From: Spirochaetia bacterium
Lineage (GTDB): Bacteria > Spirochaetota > Spirochaetia > SZUA-6 > Bin103
NCBI GenBank assembly: GCA_965208575.1
Contig: CBDBOV010000005.1
Location: 96,001 to 160,000, forward strand
Direction of reading: 5' to 3'
Length of the DNA stretch: 64,000 nt
Shown here: positions 41,295-50,846 of the stretch, one piece after another
Numbering within the stretch: position 1 is the first letter of the stretch
Layout of the letters: every line of letters starts with the position of its first letter
Notes under the pieces: generated by a model
What the model was told of the DNA's origin: nothing
The model's input: only the letters and a program-made list of their open reading frames with translations
The model's database searches: none
Translations under genes and position numbers: made by a program

Positions 41295-43040
41295 CTACGG
41301 CTTCAGGCTGCTGTCGAACCAGATGCGCCAGAAGACTGCTCTGGCCCATCCCATCGTGGACTCGCCGTTGAATCCCGCGACCCACGGCTGGACCACGTTG
41401 AACTGCGGCCCAATTGGCCCGAACAGCTGCCAGAACTGCTCGATCGAGTACATATCCAGCTCGCGGAGCGCTGCGTTTTGCTCGTCCAGCGTGGTCGCGC
41501 CAGCGGCCTCGTCGAACTTGGCCTGGTACCACTCGTCGTCGACATTGGAGGTGTTCCATCCTGCCGTCGGAAGGAATTTCCCCAGAATCTGGATTGCGGG
41601 GCACTTGCACGCCCCTTCCGCGGTGATGAGCTCATATTCTCGTGCGTTTCTTCTCGCCCCGTACTCAGCTCCCCCTCGCACCTCGGCCTCTACCTTGACG
41701 CCGATGGCGTCCCAGTAACTGATCAGGAGCTCTGTGTGGTTCAGGTCGAATCGCTCCTGGTGCAGAATCTCGGTCTTGAATCTGACGCCGTCGTCGCCGC
41801 GCGGATAGCCCGCCTCGTCGAGCAGCGCCTCGGCACCGGCCGGGTCATACTCGAATACCTTCCTGACATCTGCCGGCCAATCCTCGAACGGGACCGCGAC
41901 GGCCGCATTGAAGCGGCTGACCTGCCCCTGCGGGATGGTATCTGCAAAGCCCTTGTAGAATCCCTGGTCGATCTCCTCGAGGTTGATCGCCATCTGCAGC
42001 GCCTTGCGTACCCGGATATCGCCAAAGGGCTCCACCTGGGTGTTCGGGGCCACCGCATTGTCCGACCGCAGGCCATACGGAGACGGCACCAGCTCCGGGT
42101 TGGTCCGCTGCAGGCTCTCGAGCTGATCGATAGTCCGCAATTGGGTGAGCGTGAGCGCCCCCACGTAGTCGAGCTGGCCGGTGCGCAGCGCCGACAGGTA
42201 GGTCGCCGCTTCGGGCATGATCAGCCCGCGTAACTGGTCGAAATAGGGGAGGCGGTTGTCCGGAAACTTCTCGTCGAAGCCCCAGTAGTCGGGATTCTTG
42301 TCATAGGTGATTGAACTGCCCTTGGTCCAGTCGGTCAGGGAATAGGGTCCGGTGCCGACCAGATCCCGCCAGTCCTCGCCGTCCCCCTCTGCCCGGATGA
42401 CCTCGGGCGGGTAGATAAGGTTAATCGGCCCCTGGATGATCTTGGCAAGAACAGAGACGCTTGGCCTCGCCAGCTTGAACTCCACTGTCGAGTTGTCGGT
42501 GGCCGTTACCGACTCGACCTCGACGCCGGCCAAGAGATCGGATCCGTACAACCGCTCGGTGAAGCCGCTGCCGAGGCCCATCATCCGGTGGTAGTTGAAT
42601 TCGATGTCCGCGGCGGTCAGCGCGCGACCGTTCATCGGCGCCTTGTCATGCCAGCGAACGCCGTCGCGGATGTTGAGGATGATGGTGAGTGGGTCGGGTT
42701 GCGACCAGCTTTCAGCCAACGCCCCCGTCGTGTTCGCCGGCGCGACGAGCACGTTGAAGTCGAACTCATCTCTCGGCAGCGCCCAATCCGCGATGCTCAC
42801 CAGCTCCAGCACGTGACTGACTATCGTAACCGCTCCGAAGCTGTCGGTGCTGGCTGGCTCTTCCTTGAGTGCAAAGGTGAACGTGCCGCCGTACTCGGGC
42901 GCGCTGATCATCTCGCCGGTGGTGGGGTCGAGCACCATCTCCTTCTCGACCGCGGCCGCCTCCTCGCCGGCGGGGGCGGCAAACGTAACGGTAGCCACCA
43001 GCGCGAACACCAGCGGCAGCACCATGAGTCTGGGAGTCAT
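41295..43040 (-). CDS. ABC substrate-binding protein family 5, cassette 3
   Basis: Signal peptide, APEYGGTFT, GTGPY; RBS GAGGAG. Confidence 0.92.
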   Translation of the reverse strand: MTPRLMVLPLVFALVATVTFAAPAGEEAAAVEKEMVLDPTTGEMISAPEYGGTFTFALKEEPASTDSFGAVTIVSHVLELVSIADWALPRDEFDFNVLVAPANTTGALAESWSQPDPLTIILNIRDGVRWHDKAPMNGRALTAADIEFNYHRMMGLGSGFTERLYGSDLLAGVEVESVTATDNSTVEFKLARPSVSVLAKIIQGPINLIYPPEVIRAEGDGEDWRDLVGTGPYSLTDWTKGSSITYDKNPDYWGFDEKFPDNRLPYFDQLRGLIMPEAATYLSALRTGQLDYVGALTLTQLRTIDQLESLQRTNPELVPSPYGLRSDNAVAPNTQVEPFGDIRVRKALQMAINLEEIDQGFYKGFADTIPQGQVSRFNAAVAVPFEDWPADVRKVFEYDPAGAEALLDEAGYPRGDDGVRFKTEILHQERFDLNHTELLISYWDAIGVKVEAEVRGGAEYGARRNAREYELITAEGACKCPAIQILGKFLPTAGWNTSNVDDEWYQAKFDEAAGATTLDEQNAALRELDMYSIEQFWQLFGPIGPQFNVVQPWVAGFNGESTMGWARAVFWRIWFDSSLKP

Positions 43041-43179
43041 AACGTACTCCTCCTCGTTGTCGGGATCGGGACCGCGCCCCGTTGCCCGTGGTTCTCTTGG
43101 GCCGAAGACTTCGGCCTTCTCGCATGGTCGTGGTAGTGGTCGCACCCGAAGCGGGAGACAGCGCCGCGAGCGCCGGTTT

Positions 43180-43360
43180 CTCGGCGAGCGAGACGAGCGG
43201 TCAGTTACCGGGTGCTTGGTTTGTTTCGGAGCAGGACGGAGCAGGACGGAGCGCTTAGCGTGCGCGGCTAACGGGTGGCTGCGGTGGGCTGTGTGATCGC
43301 GCTTCATCCGCGTACCAAGCCGCCATTCTACCACGCGCCCGGCACCCGTCAAGCACGCGG
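43180..43360 (-). promoter_or_regulatory. Conserved promoter plus leader upstream of SBP3
   Basis: TTGACG-16-TAGAAT (43352-43325); GCAGGACGGA x2. Confidence 0.75.
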
Positions 43361-43551
43361 AATCTGTCGGCTGGAACGAGGCCAAGTCGCAATACCTGCC
43401 GCGCCTGCGCTCCGGTGCCGCCGCCGACGCCGGCGATCGGTCGCTGCAGAAGATGGCGCAGACGGTCACCCCGGAGGACCTGTTCGCGCCGGTGATCCTG
43501 GCCCTGGTCTGAGCGAGCAATCCGGGGCGAGACCCAATCAACCCGTTGGTA

Positions 43552-44007
43552 CTACGTCTCAGACGCTCGAAGCGGAGTCAACGCCCTATCTCCCACGATC
43601 AACCCGCGGCCAACCGCACGCAGGCCGGCCTCGACTTGGCCGATGTGCGAACGGTGACGCACGTCCAGCAGGCGGCGTACCGCAGACTGGCTTACCCCAA
43701 GCCGTCTTGCAAGCTCAACCTGGGTCACGTTCTGCCGCCGCATCGCCGTGTACAATGCGAGCTTGGCCGCCACAACCGACGGCACTGCTACCAACTCCTG
43801 GCCGGCGACGACATCACTCGGAACGGGGATCTCGCGGCGCCCATCCACGTAGAAGCTCAGCGCGACGGCGAGCGCATCCGTGGCCTTCTCAAGGGCTTGG
43901 GCTCGATCATCGCCACACGTCAACGCTTCGGGCACGTCGGGGAACGACACCGAGAAGCCTCCGTCGTCCAATTCCGGGGTCAGTACGCAGGGGTAGGTGT
44001 ACCGCAT
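43552..44007 (-). CDS. hicB: HicB antitoxin (HTH type)
   Basis: DGGFSVSFPDVPEALTCGD..AL..A.DAL; C-terminal HTH, RLLD..H.S. Confidence 0.88.
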   Translation of the reverse strand: MRYTYPCVLTPELDDGGFSVSFPDVPEALTCGDDRAQALEKATDALAVALSFYVDGRREIPVPSDVVAGQELVAVPSVVAAKLALYTAMRRQNVTQVELARRLGVSQSAVRRLLDVRHRSHIGQVEAGLRAVGRGLIVGDRALTPLRASET

Positions 44008-44060
44008 CAGAACTCCTCCTTGCTGATCCCGAGTTGTTTGAGCATGGCATGATAGGTTTA
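44007..44060 (-). pseudogene. C-terminal stub of HicA
   Basis: ..TYHAMLKQLGISKEEF* overlaps the hicB start; the rest is replaced by LLM upstream DNA. Confidence 0.6.
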
Positions 44061-44112
44061 CAACCGTCAGCCAGGTGCTTGATCAGCGTCCGGGCGCGGG
44101 GGACAATCGGTC

Positions 44113-45054
44113 ATGAGCACGTTGAGATTCGGCTGGCATATGCCCTCGTTCCCGGTCGACGGCAGCAGCGGGCCCCGGTTCGTGGAGCAGGTTCGTGCTT
44201 CCCTGGACCGGCTGCATCCGCACTTCGAATCGGTCTGGGTCGACGACCACCTGTGGCCGTGGGCCAGTTGGCAGCCTGCCGACACGCCGTTCCTCGAGTG
44301 CGTCAGCACTATCGCCCACTTCGCCACCGTCTATCGCGACCTCACCTTCGGATCTTTCGTGTTCTGTCAGAGCTACCGCACCCCGGCCGTACTGGCGAAG
44401 ACGGCGGCCAACCTGCAGTTGCTGACCGGCGGCCGCTACGTGTTCGGCATCGGTGCCGGATGGGTCGAGCGCGAGTACCACGCCTATGACTACGAGTTCC
44501 CGAAGCCGGCCGTGCGCATCGCCCAACTGGACGAGGCCGTGCAGATCGTCAGAAGGCTCTGGACCGAAGCGCCCGCCACCTTCCACGGCACCTACTACCG
44601 GGTCACCGACGCCTACTGCGAGCCGCGGCCGGACCCCGCACCGCCACTGCTGATCGGCGGTGGCGGCGAACAACTGACCCTGCGGGTGGTGGCCAAGTAC
44701 GCCGACTGGTGGAACGTCACGGCGGGCACGCCCGAATCTTACGCCCACAAGCTCGAGGTGCTGCGCGGCCACTGCGCCGCGGTCGGACGCGACTACCACC
44801 GGATCGTCAAGACCTGGGCGGCGGAGGCACTTGCCGTGGCCGCCACCGAGAAGCAGGCGCGGCGCATCGCCGAGGCCTCGCCTCACAAGAGTGATCCGAT
44901 CGTCGGCACCCCGGAGCAGGTCGCCGAACGGGTGCAGGCCTACATCGATGCCGGCGTGCAGTACGTCATCGTGCGCGCCATCGACTTCCCGAGCACCGAG
45001 GGCATCGAGCTGTTCGCCCAGGAGGTGATACCGCGCCTGTCGCTCCCGCGCTGA
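44113..45054 (+). CDS. LLM-class flavin/F420-dependent oxidoreductase, copy 1
   Basis: VWVDDH, GRYVFGIGAGW..EY, LLIGGGGEQLTLRVVAKYADWWN. Confidence 0.9.
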   Translation: MSTLRFGWHMPSFPVDGSSGPRFVEQVRASLDRLHPHFESVWVDDHLWPWASWQPADTPFLECVSTIAHFATVYRDLTFGSFVFCQSYRTPAVLAKTAANLQLLTGGRYVFGIGAGWVEREYHAYDYEFPKPAVRIAQLDEAVQIVRRLWTEAPATFHGTYYRVTDAYCEPRPDPAPPLLIGGGGEQLTLRVVAKYADWWNVTAGTPESYAHKLEVLRGHCAAVGRDYHRIVKTWAAEALAVAATEKQARRIAEASPHKSDPIVGTPEQVAERVQAYIDAGVQYVIVRAIDFPSTEGIELFAQEVIPRLSLPR

Positions 45055-45078
45055 GGTCTCAGCTTCCGGTATCGGGTA

Positions 45079-45264
45079 TGCGGCTGGACACCGATGCCGC
45101 CAACTACCGGCGCGACGTGCGGCCGTGGAGAGGCGCTGAACTCGACGCCAATGAGATGGATGGAGTCGCCGGCGGCGCGGTACTTGTCGGCGTAGCGGCG
45201 CTCCTGGAGCTGGGCGAGGGCGGAGCCGGGGGGCGTCATCTCGGCCACCTTGAACTCGAACAGG
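45079..45264. pseudogene. FG-GAP fragment (45079-45119) plus AAA/nuclease 3' fragment (45135-45264)
   Basis: Match ~50546-50586 and ~35223-35353. Confidence 0.75.
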
Positions 45265-45370
45265 TTGACGTCAAGCGCGCGGAATCACGCTACCATGAAG
45301 ATTGGAGTTATGAAGATTGGAATTCAGCACATGGAAAGATGCCCAGTCCGGTTCTGCGTACCGCGACCCG

Positions 45371-45601
45371 TCAACCCGTTGGTACTACGTTACGGCTGCC
45401 TGACGCTTCGTTCACGAATGTCAGGAAACCCTCGCCGGCGAGTTGCCGATTGGCATCCAGCAACTCGACTCCGTACACCTTCCCGTCGGGCGAAAGGTCA
45501 ACATGCAAACTTTCGCTCACCTTGATCGTCTCAACTTCCCCCGTAGACTCGCGAAATCGGATATAGCCGATATTATAGCGTGGGTCATAGGTGACGGTCA
45601 T
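45371..45601 (-). CDS. DUF2283 protein (orphan antitoxin-like)
   Basis: YDPRYNIGYIRF..T....VD...DGKVYGVELLDA. Confidence 0.82.
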   Translation of the reverse strand: MTVTYDPRYNIGYIRFRESTGEVETIKVSESLHVDLSPDGKVYGVELLDANRQLAGEGFLTFVNEASGSRNVVPTG

Positions 45602-45890
45602 GTTGCTCCCTGATCGCACTCAATAGAACTTCAACATCCGCCGGGGCGCACCGCCGGCAGCTCGAAGCCGGCACGCCAAGAGGTGTCGAGGCGGGTTGAG
45701 AACGCATGTAGATCAGGATTCGTAGAGAGTAGTAGCATTCTCAAGCCCGCTTCCACCAACACCGCACGAGGACGCGTGCAGGGTGATCCCATGCTGACGG
45801 AGGTGATGGAGGGACAAACGCCGGCTCGGTGAGCAAGCAAGTTCGTGACGGCGAATTCGTCGGGCCTCAGTCTCCGCCTGCGCACGGCCG

Positions 45891-46907
45891 TCACCCCGAC
45901 AGGACGCGCCGCACCTCGTCCGCATCCACCGCCAGCGCCCGGGCGATCGCCTCGGCATCCTGTCCCAGGCCATGCAGGCGGCGGATCGCCTGCGCGAGCA
46001 GCAGGCGCCGCTGCTGTTCCGCCTGCTGTTGCGCCTGTTCCGCCTGCTGTTGAGCCCGCTCCGCTCGCCGTGCCCGCTCCCGCTCCTGCTGCGCCTGCTG
46101 CCGCTCCTGCTCCGCACGACGCTCGTGATGCTCCACCTGCCGCGCCAGCAGCATCGAGTCCCGAAACAGCAGGTCCTCACCCTCCATGTTGCGGCGCACC
46201 CCCTCCTCCGCCATCGCCTGCCGCAACTGCCGCAGCACGAAGGCGCACTCCACCGGGTACTCCCCTTCCTCGATCGTCAGCACGTGCGCGTCCCCCCGCC
46301 CGTTGCCTTTCACCAGGCCTTGGTCGAAGATCGCCAGCAGCCGCTCCAGCTCGTCCCGCCGCCGGCTCGCCAGCCGCGGGATCTGGATGATGTGGCTGCG
46401 GTGATGAATCCCCTCCACCAGCGGATGGCTCGCCTCAAGCTCCCGCCCCGTGCGCCGCTCGGTCACCTGCGGGCACACGTCGATCACCGCCTCGTCCGAC
46501 AGGTCATCCAGGGCGTAGCCCAGGAAGTAGATGGTCACGATCGGCACCGCCTCGGTGCGGCCCGACGGATGGGTAAGGATGTTGTCGCCGCTGCCGATCT
46601 GCTGGCCCAGGTAGCGCCGGAAGCGCTCGATCACGGTCGGCGCGTTGGCCTTCTGAATCTCGATCAGCACCTGCCGCTCACTGCCGTCGCGGGTCTGAAC
46701 CCGAGCAGCGAAGTCCATGCGCAACAGCGTCAGCGGCAGGTCGTGCTGCGGGTCTTCGGGGGTGCGGCGCACGGCGGTCTCCTGCGGGCTGACGGTGAGC
46801 GACTGCACCGCGAGGCCGGTGATCCTGCCGATCAGCAGGCGGGCGACGCGCTGGTCCTGCATCAGGTACTTGAACACCACGTCGTAGATCGGGTTGGCGA
46901 CGTCCAC
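45891..46907 (-). CDS. Rpn/PD-(D/E)XK-like protein with Q/E/R coiled-coil tail
   Basis: NPIYDVVFKYL, RMDF..LIEIQK; repeat-rich C-terminus. Confidence 0.7.
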   Translation of the reverse strand: MDVANPIYDVVFKYLMQDQRVARLLIGRITGLAVQSLTVSPQETAVRRTPEDPQHDLPLTLLRMDFAARVQTRDGSERQVLIEIQKANAPTVIERFRRYLGQQIGSGDNILTHPSGRTEAVPIVTIYFLGYALDDLSDEAVIDVCPQVTERRTGRELEASHPLVEGIHHRSHIIQIPRLASRRRDELERLLAIFDQGLVKGNGRGDAHVLTIEEGEYPVECAFVLRQLRQAMAEEGVRRNMEGEDLLFRDSMLLARQVEHHERRAEQERQQAQQERERARRAERAQQQAEQAQQQAEQQRRLLLAQAIRRLHGLGQDAEAIARALAVDADEVRRVLSG

Positions 46908-47054
46908 GCCCGCATTGAACCTGCGCCCCGCGCGGTCAGTCAATCGCCGTGCCCGTGTTGCGGATGATCGGTGCGGCGTATGAACGGGGCGATGCTTTGC
47001 GTTTGACAACTACCGTCCGCCGCCGTGATTATCGGTGTCGTGCATGGAGGCGCC

Positions 47055-47894
47055 ATGAGAGACTACAGAGGCAAGGTCGCGGTGATCACCGGCGCAGGGC
47101 GCGGCATCGGCCGGGGGATCGCCCTCCGTTGTGCCAAGGAGGGGATGAAGGTCGTTGTGGCCGGATTCGGGATGGAACCCCTTACCAGGACCGCCGCAGA
47201 CCTGGAGGCGCTGGGGGCGGAGACGCTGATCGTCCAGACGGATGTATCCGAGGCAGAACAGGTGGAGAGCCTGGCAGCAGCCACGATCGAAGCCTTCGGC
47301 CAGGTCGACCTGCTGGTGAACAACGCCGGGGTCGCGCAGCCGGGCAAGACACTGGAGCTCACACTGGACGACTGGCACTGGGTAATGGGGGTCAATTTCT
47401 ACGGCGTGCTCCATGGCCTGCGTGCGTTCGTGCCCCGCATGATCGAACGGAAGCAGCCCAGTCACGTGGTCAATGTCTCATCCCTCTCCGGCGTGCTCCC
47501 GGCGGGCGGGTCGTACGGGGTCTCGAAACATGCCGTGCTGGTCCTGACCGAATCGCTGTACAAGGATTTGGCCGAGTCGGCGCCCCACGTCAAGGTTTCG
47601 GCGCTCTGCCCGGGTTGGGTGGCGACCGAGTTTTACCGCGTGGATCAATCTCGTCCGGAGCGTTTCAAAGGGGCGACGACCGAGGTGACCGACGAATACC
47701 GGGAGACTTGGCGCGGGTGGCTGACGGGTGGAATCACGACCGACCAGTTGGCCCAGATCCTGTTCGACGGCCTGGAGCAAGACCAGTTGTACATCGGCGT
47801 CCAGGGCTTCCGGAAAGCGGGCCAGGATGTCGGAGAAGCGGTTGTGGCCCGGGCTCAGAATATCGTCCAGGAGAACAACCCACCCATCTCGTAA
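47055..47894 (+). CDS. SDR oxidoreductase, copy 2
   Basis: Paralog of 33849-34688, including upstream and downstream flanks. Confidence 0.92.
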   Translation: MRDYRGKVAVITGAGRGIGRGIALRCAKEGMKVVVAGFGMEPLTRTAADLEALGAETLIVQTDVSEAEQVESLAAATIEAFGQVDLLVNNAGVAQPGKTLELTLDDWHWVMGVNFYGVLHGLRAFVPRMIERKQPSHVVNVSSLSGVLPAGGSYGVSKHAVLVLTESLYKDLAESAPHVKVSALCPGWVATEFYRVDQSRPERFKGATTEVTDEYRETWRGWLTGGITTDQLAQILFDGLEQDQLYIGVQGFRKAGQDVGEAVVARAQNIVQENNPPIS

Positions 47895-47963
47895 CCTGGT
47901 CGTTCCCGTTCTCGATGTCAGCCAGGTGCTTGCTCAGCGTTCGGGCGCCGGCGACAATCGGTC

Positions 47964-48906
47964 ATGAGCACGTTGAGATTTGGCTGGCATTATGCCCTCG
48001 TTCCCGGTCGACGGTAGCAGCGGGCCCCGGTTCGTGGAGCAGGTTCGGGCTTCCCTGGACCGTCTGCATCCGCACTTCGAATCGGTCTGGGTCGACGACC
48101 ACCTGTGGCCGTGGGCCGGTTGGCAGCCTGCGGACACGCCATTCCTCGAGTGCGTCAGCACTATCGCCCACTTCGCCACCGTCTATCGGGACCTCACCTT
48201 TGGATCCTTCGTGTTCTGTCAGAGCTACCGCACCCCGGCCGTGCTGGCGAAGACGGCGGCCAACCTGCAGTTGCTGACCGGCGGCCGCTACGTGTTCGGC
48301 ATCGGTGCCGGATGGGTCGAGCGCGAGTACCACGCCTATGACTACGAGTTCCCGAAGCCGGCCGTGCGCATCGCCCAGTTGGACGAGGCCGTGCAGATCG
48401 TCAGAAAGCTCTGGACCGAAGCGCCCGCCACCTTCCACGGCACCCACTACCGGGTCACCGACGCCTACTGCGAGCCGCGGCCGGACCCCGCACCGCCACT
48501 GCTGATCGGCGGTGGCGGCGAACAACTGACCCTGCGGGTGGTGGCCAAGTACGCCGACTGGTGGAACGTCACGGCGGGCACGCCCGAATCCTACGCCCAC
48601 AAGCTGGGGGTGCTGCGCCGGCACTGCGACGCGGTCGGCCGCGACTACCACCAGATCGTCAAGACCTGGGCGGCGGAGGCACTGGCCGTGGCCGCCACCG
48701 AGAAGCGGGCGCGGCGCATCGCCGAGGCGTCGCCCCACAACAGTGATCCCATCGTCGGCACCCCGGAGCAGGTCGCCGAACGGGTGCAGGCCTACATCGA
48801 TGCCGGCGTGCAGTACGTCATCGTGCGCGCCATCGACTTCCCGAGCACCGAGGGCATCGAGCTGTTCGCCCAGGAGGTGATGCCGCGCCTGTCGCTCCCG
48901 CGCTAA
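47964..48906 (+). CDS. LLM oxidoreductase, copy 2, with a +1 frameshift near 47990 (CATTATG vs CATATG)
   Basis: Near-identical to 44113-45054; in frame from the ATG at 47992. Confidence 0.8.
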
Positions 48907-49017
48907 GGTCGATCGACCCGCGGCGGGCCGGCCGGGCGTCCGCCAGCGCGAACTGCCGACCGCCCGCGCAGCCTTGTAGTTGTAGGCGTACCGGCGCGTG
49001 TGGTCTCATGTCCGCGT

Positions 49018-50754
49018 ATGCTGGGACGTTGGAGCCGGGCGATGTGGGCAGTGACGGCGGCGGCTCTGCTGGGCGCGGGACAGCTCGGCGCGGCTCCCCA
49101 CGTGGCAGTTATCCCGGTCAGCACCGAGACGAGTTGCGCGGGAGCGTTCGTTGCGCGCCCGCTGCCGCACTCGGTGGAGCCGATGCCGAACCTGCCGATG
49201 CCGTTCGACAGCAACGGCTCGGGGGTCGCGATCGCCGACCTCGATGGCGACGGCTGGCTGGACGTGCTGCTCGGCGGGCTGCACGGCCCGGCGACGGTGC
49301 TCTGGAACCGCGGCGACCCGGGCGGTCCGGCGTTCGATGCCGTGGCGCTCGAACTGGTCGGGGCGCGCGCGGTGGCCATCGTGGACGTGGACGGCGACGG
49401 ACACCAGGACATCGTCGCCACCCGGCCCGACGAACGTCCGCGGTGGCTGCGGGGAAGCGGCGGACGCACCTTCCGGATCGTGGACGACGAACGGTTCGTC
49501 GCCCGCTATCCCATCTACACGATGGCGTGGGACGATCTCGATGGCGACACCGACCTCGACCTGGTCGGCGCCACCTACGACGCCGAGTTGGAGCGATACG
49601 AGGCGATGGAGGCATACCGGAACTTCGTGACGACCAACGTTTCCACCGCCCGCACCCGGCAGCGGGGGGTGTGGTACTACGAGAACCTCGGGCCGCGCGA
49701 CCGGCGCAGCGCCTTCGAGCCGGGTGAGTTCCAGTTCCTGGCATGGCCCCTCGCCGCCGGCGCGATGGCACTGGCCATCGTGCTGACCGACGTCGACGGC
49801 GACGCGCTCAGCGACATCGTCGTGGGCAACGACTACGACGTCCCGGACAACGTATTCCTCCGCACCCCCGATCGGGTGCGCCCGCACCGGTCGTGGTGGC
49901 GCCCCGGCAGTCCGTTCCCGGTGACCACCCGCAACACCATGGCATTCGCCACCGGCGACGTGGACAACGACGGCCGCATCGAACTGTTCGCGGCGGACAT
50001 GAGCCCGTACCGCGCGGGTGCGGACATCGACGAGGCGTGGGGGCCGCTGCTGCAACCGGGCGGCGCGGCGACCCCGGTGGGCGACGGCGTGCAGGCCGCG
50101 GCCAACGTGCTGCAGACCCGGCAGGAGGACGGCTCCTACCTGGACACCGCCGGCCGCGCCGGGGTGGCCGCCACCGGCTGGAGCTGGTCGGCGCAGTTCG
50201 GGGACTTGGACAACGACGGCGACCTGGACCTGTACGCCGTCAACGGCATGGTCGGCGACCCGTTCCGCAAGCTGGCGAACGCCGAGTTGGTCGAGGAGAA
50301 CCAGGCGCTGCGCAACCTGGGCGGAGGGCGCTTCGTGGCCGCGCCGGAGTGGGGGCTGGGCGCCACCGAGAGCGGGCGCGGCATGGCGCTCGGCGACCTC
50401 GACCGCGACGGCGACCTGGACATCGTGGTCAACAACTACCGGGCGCCGTCGCTGCTGTTCGAGAACCGCCTGTGCGGCGGGGCGAGCGTGCAGGTGGACC
50501 TGGTCTGGTCCGGCACGGACAACCGGTTCGCAATCGGCGCCTCGTTGCGGCTGGACACCGATGCCGGCCGCTACCGGCGCGACGTGGAGGTGACCAGCGG
50601 CTACCTGTCGAGCAACCCGCCCCGCGTCCACTTCGGCTTGCCCGCCGGCGAGCGCCCGAGGCGCCTCACCATCCGCTGGCCGGACGGGTCCGAGGACGTG
50701 GTGGGCACCGCGCACGGCCTGACGGCCGACACGCTGCTCACCGTCACCAGGTAG
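49018..50754 (+). CDS. Secreted FG-GAP repeat/CRTAC1 (ASPIC-UnbV) family protein
   Basis: Signal peptide, repeated DxDxDGxxD motifs, C-terminal AIGA..SGYLS..HFGL..IRWPDG. Confidence 0.88.
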   Translation: MLGRWSRAMWAVTAAALLGAGQLGAAPHVAVIPVSTETSCAGAFVARPLPHSVEPMPNLPMPFDSNGSGVAIADLDGDGWLDVLLGGLHGPATVLWNRGDPGGPAFDAVALELVGARAVAIVDVDGDGHQDIVATRPDERPRWLRGSGGRTFRIVDDERFVARYPIYTMAWDDLDGDTDLDLVGATYDAELERYEAMEAYRNFVTTNVSTARTRQRGVWYYENLGPRDRRSAFEPGEFQFLAWPLAAGAMALAIVLTDVDGDALSDIVVGNDYDVPDNVFLRTPDRVRPHRSWWRPGSPFPVTTRNTMAFATGDVDNDGRIELFAADMSPYRAGADIDEAWGPLLQPGGAATPVGDGVQAAANVLQTRQEDGSYLDTAGRAGVAATGWSWSAQFGDLDNDGDLDLYAVNGMVGDPFRKLANAELVEENQALRNLGGGRFVAAPEWGLGATESGRGMALGDLDRDGDLDIVVNNYRAPSLLFENRLCGGASVQVDLVWSGTDNRFAIGASLRLDTDAGRYRRDVEVTSGYLSSNPPRVHFGLPAGERPRRLTIRWPDGSEDVVGTAHGLTADTLLTVTR

Positions 50755-50846
50755 CACTCCACCGGGGGACCTGTAATCTTGCGCGCCCCGACGGATCTTG
50801 AACGTTCGGTTTGCATACCTTACGTGGGACGGGCTAACATGGCGCC

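Noticed and set aside
46010-46120. CTG/GCC-rich tandem repeats
   Set aside because: They encode the ordinary coiled-coil tail of the Rpn-like protein.
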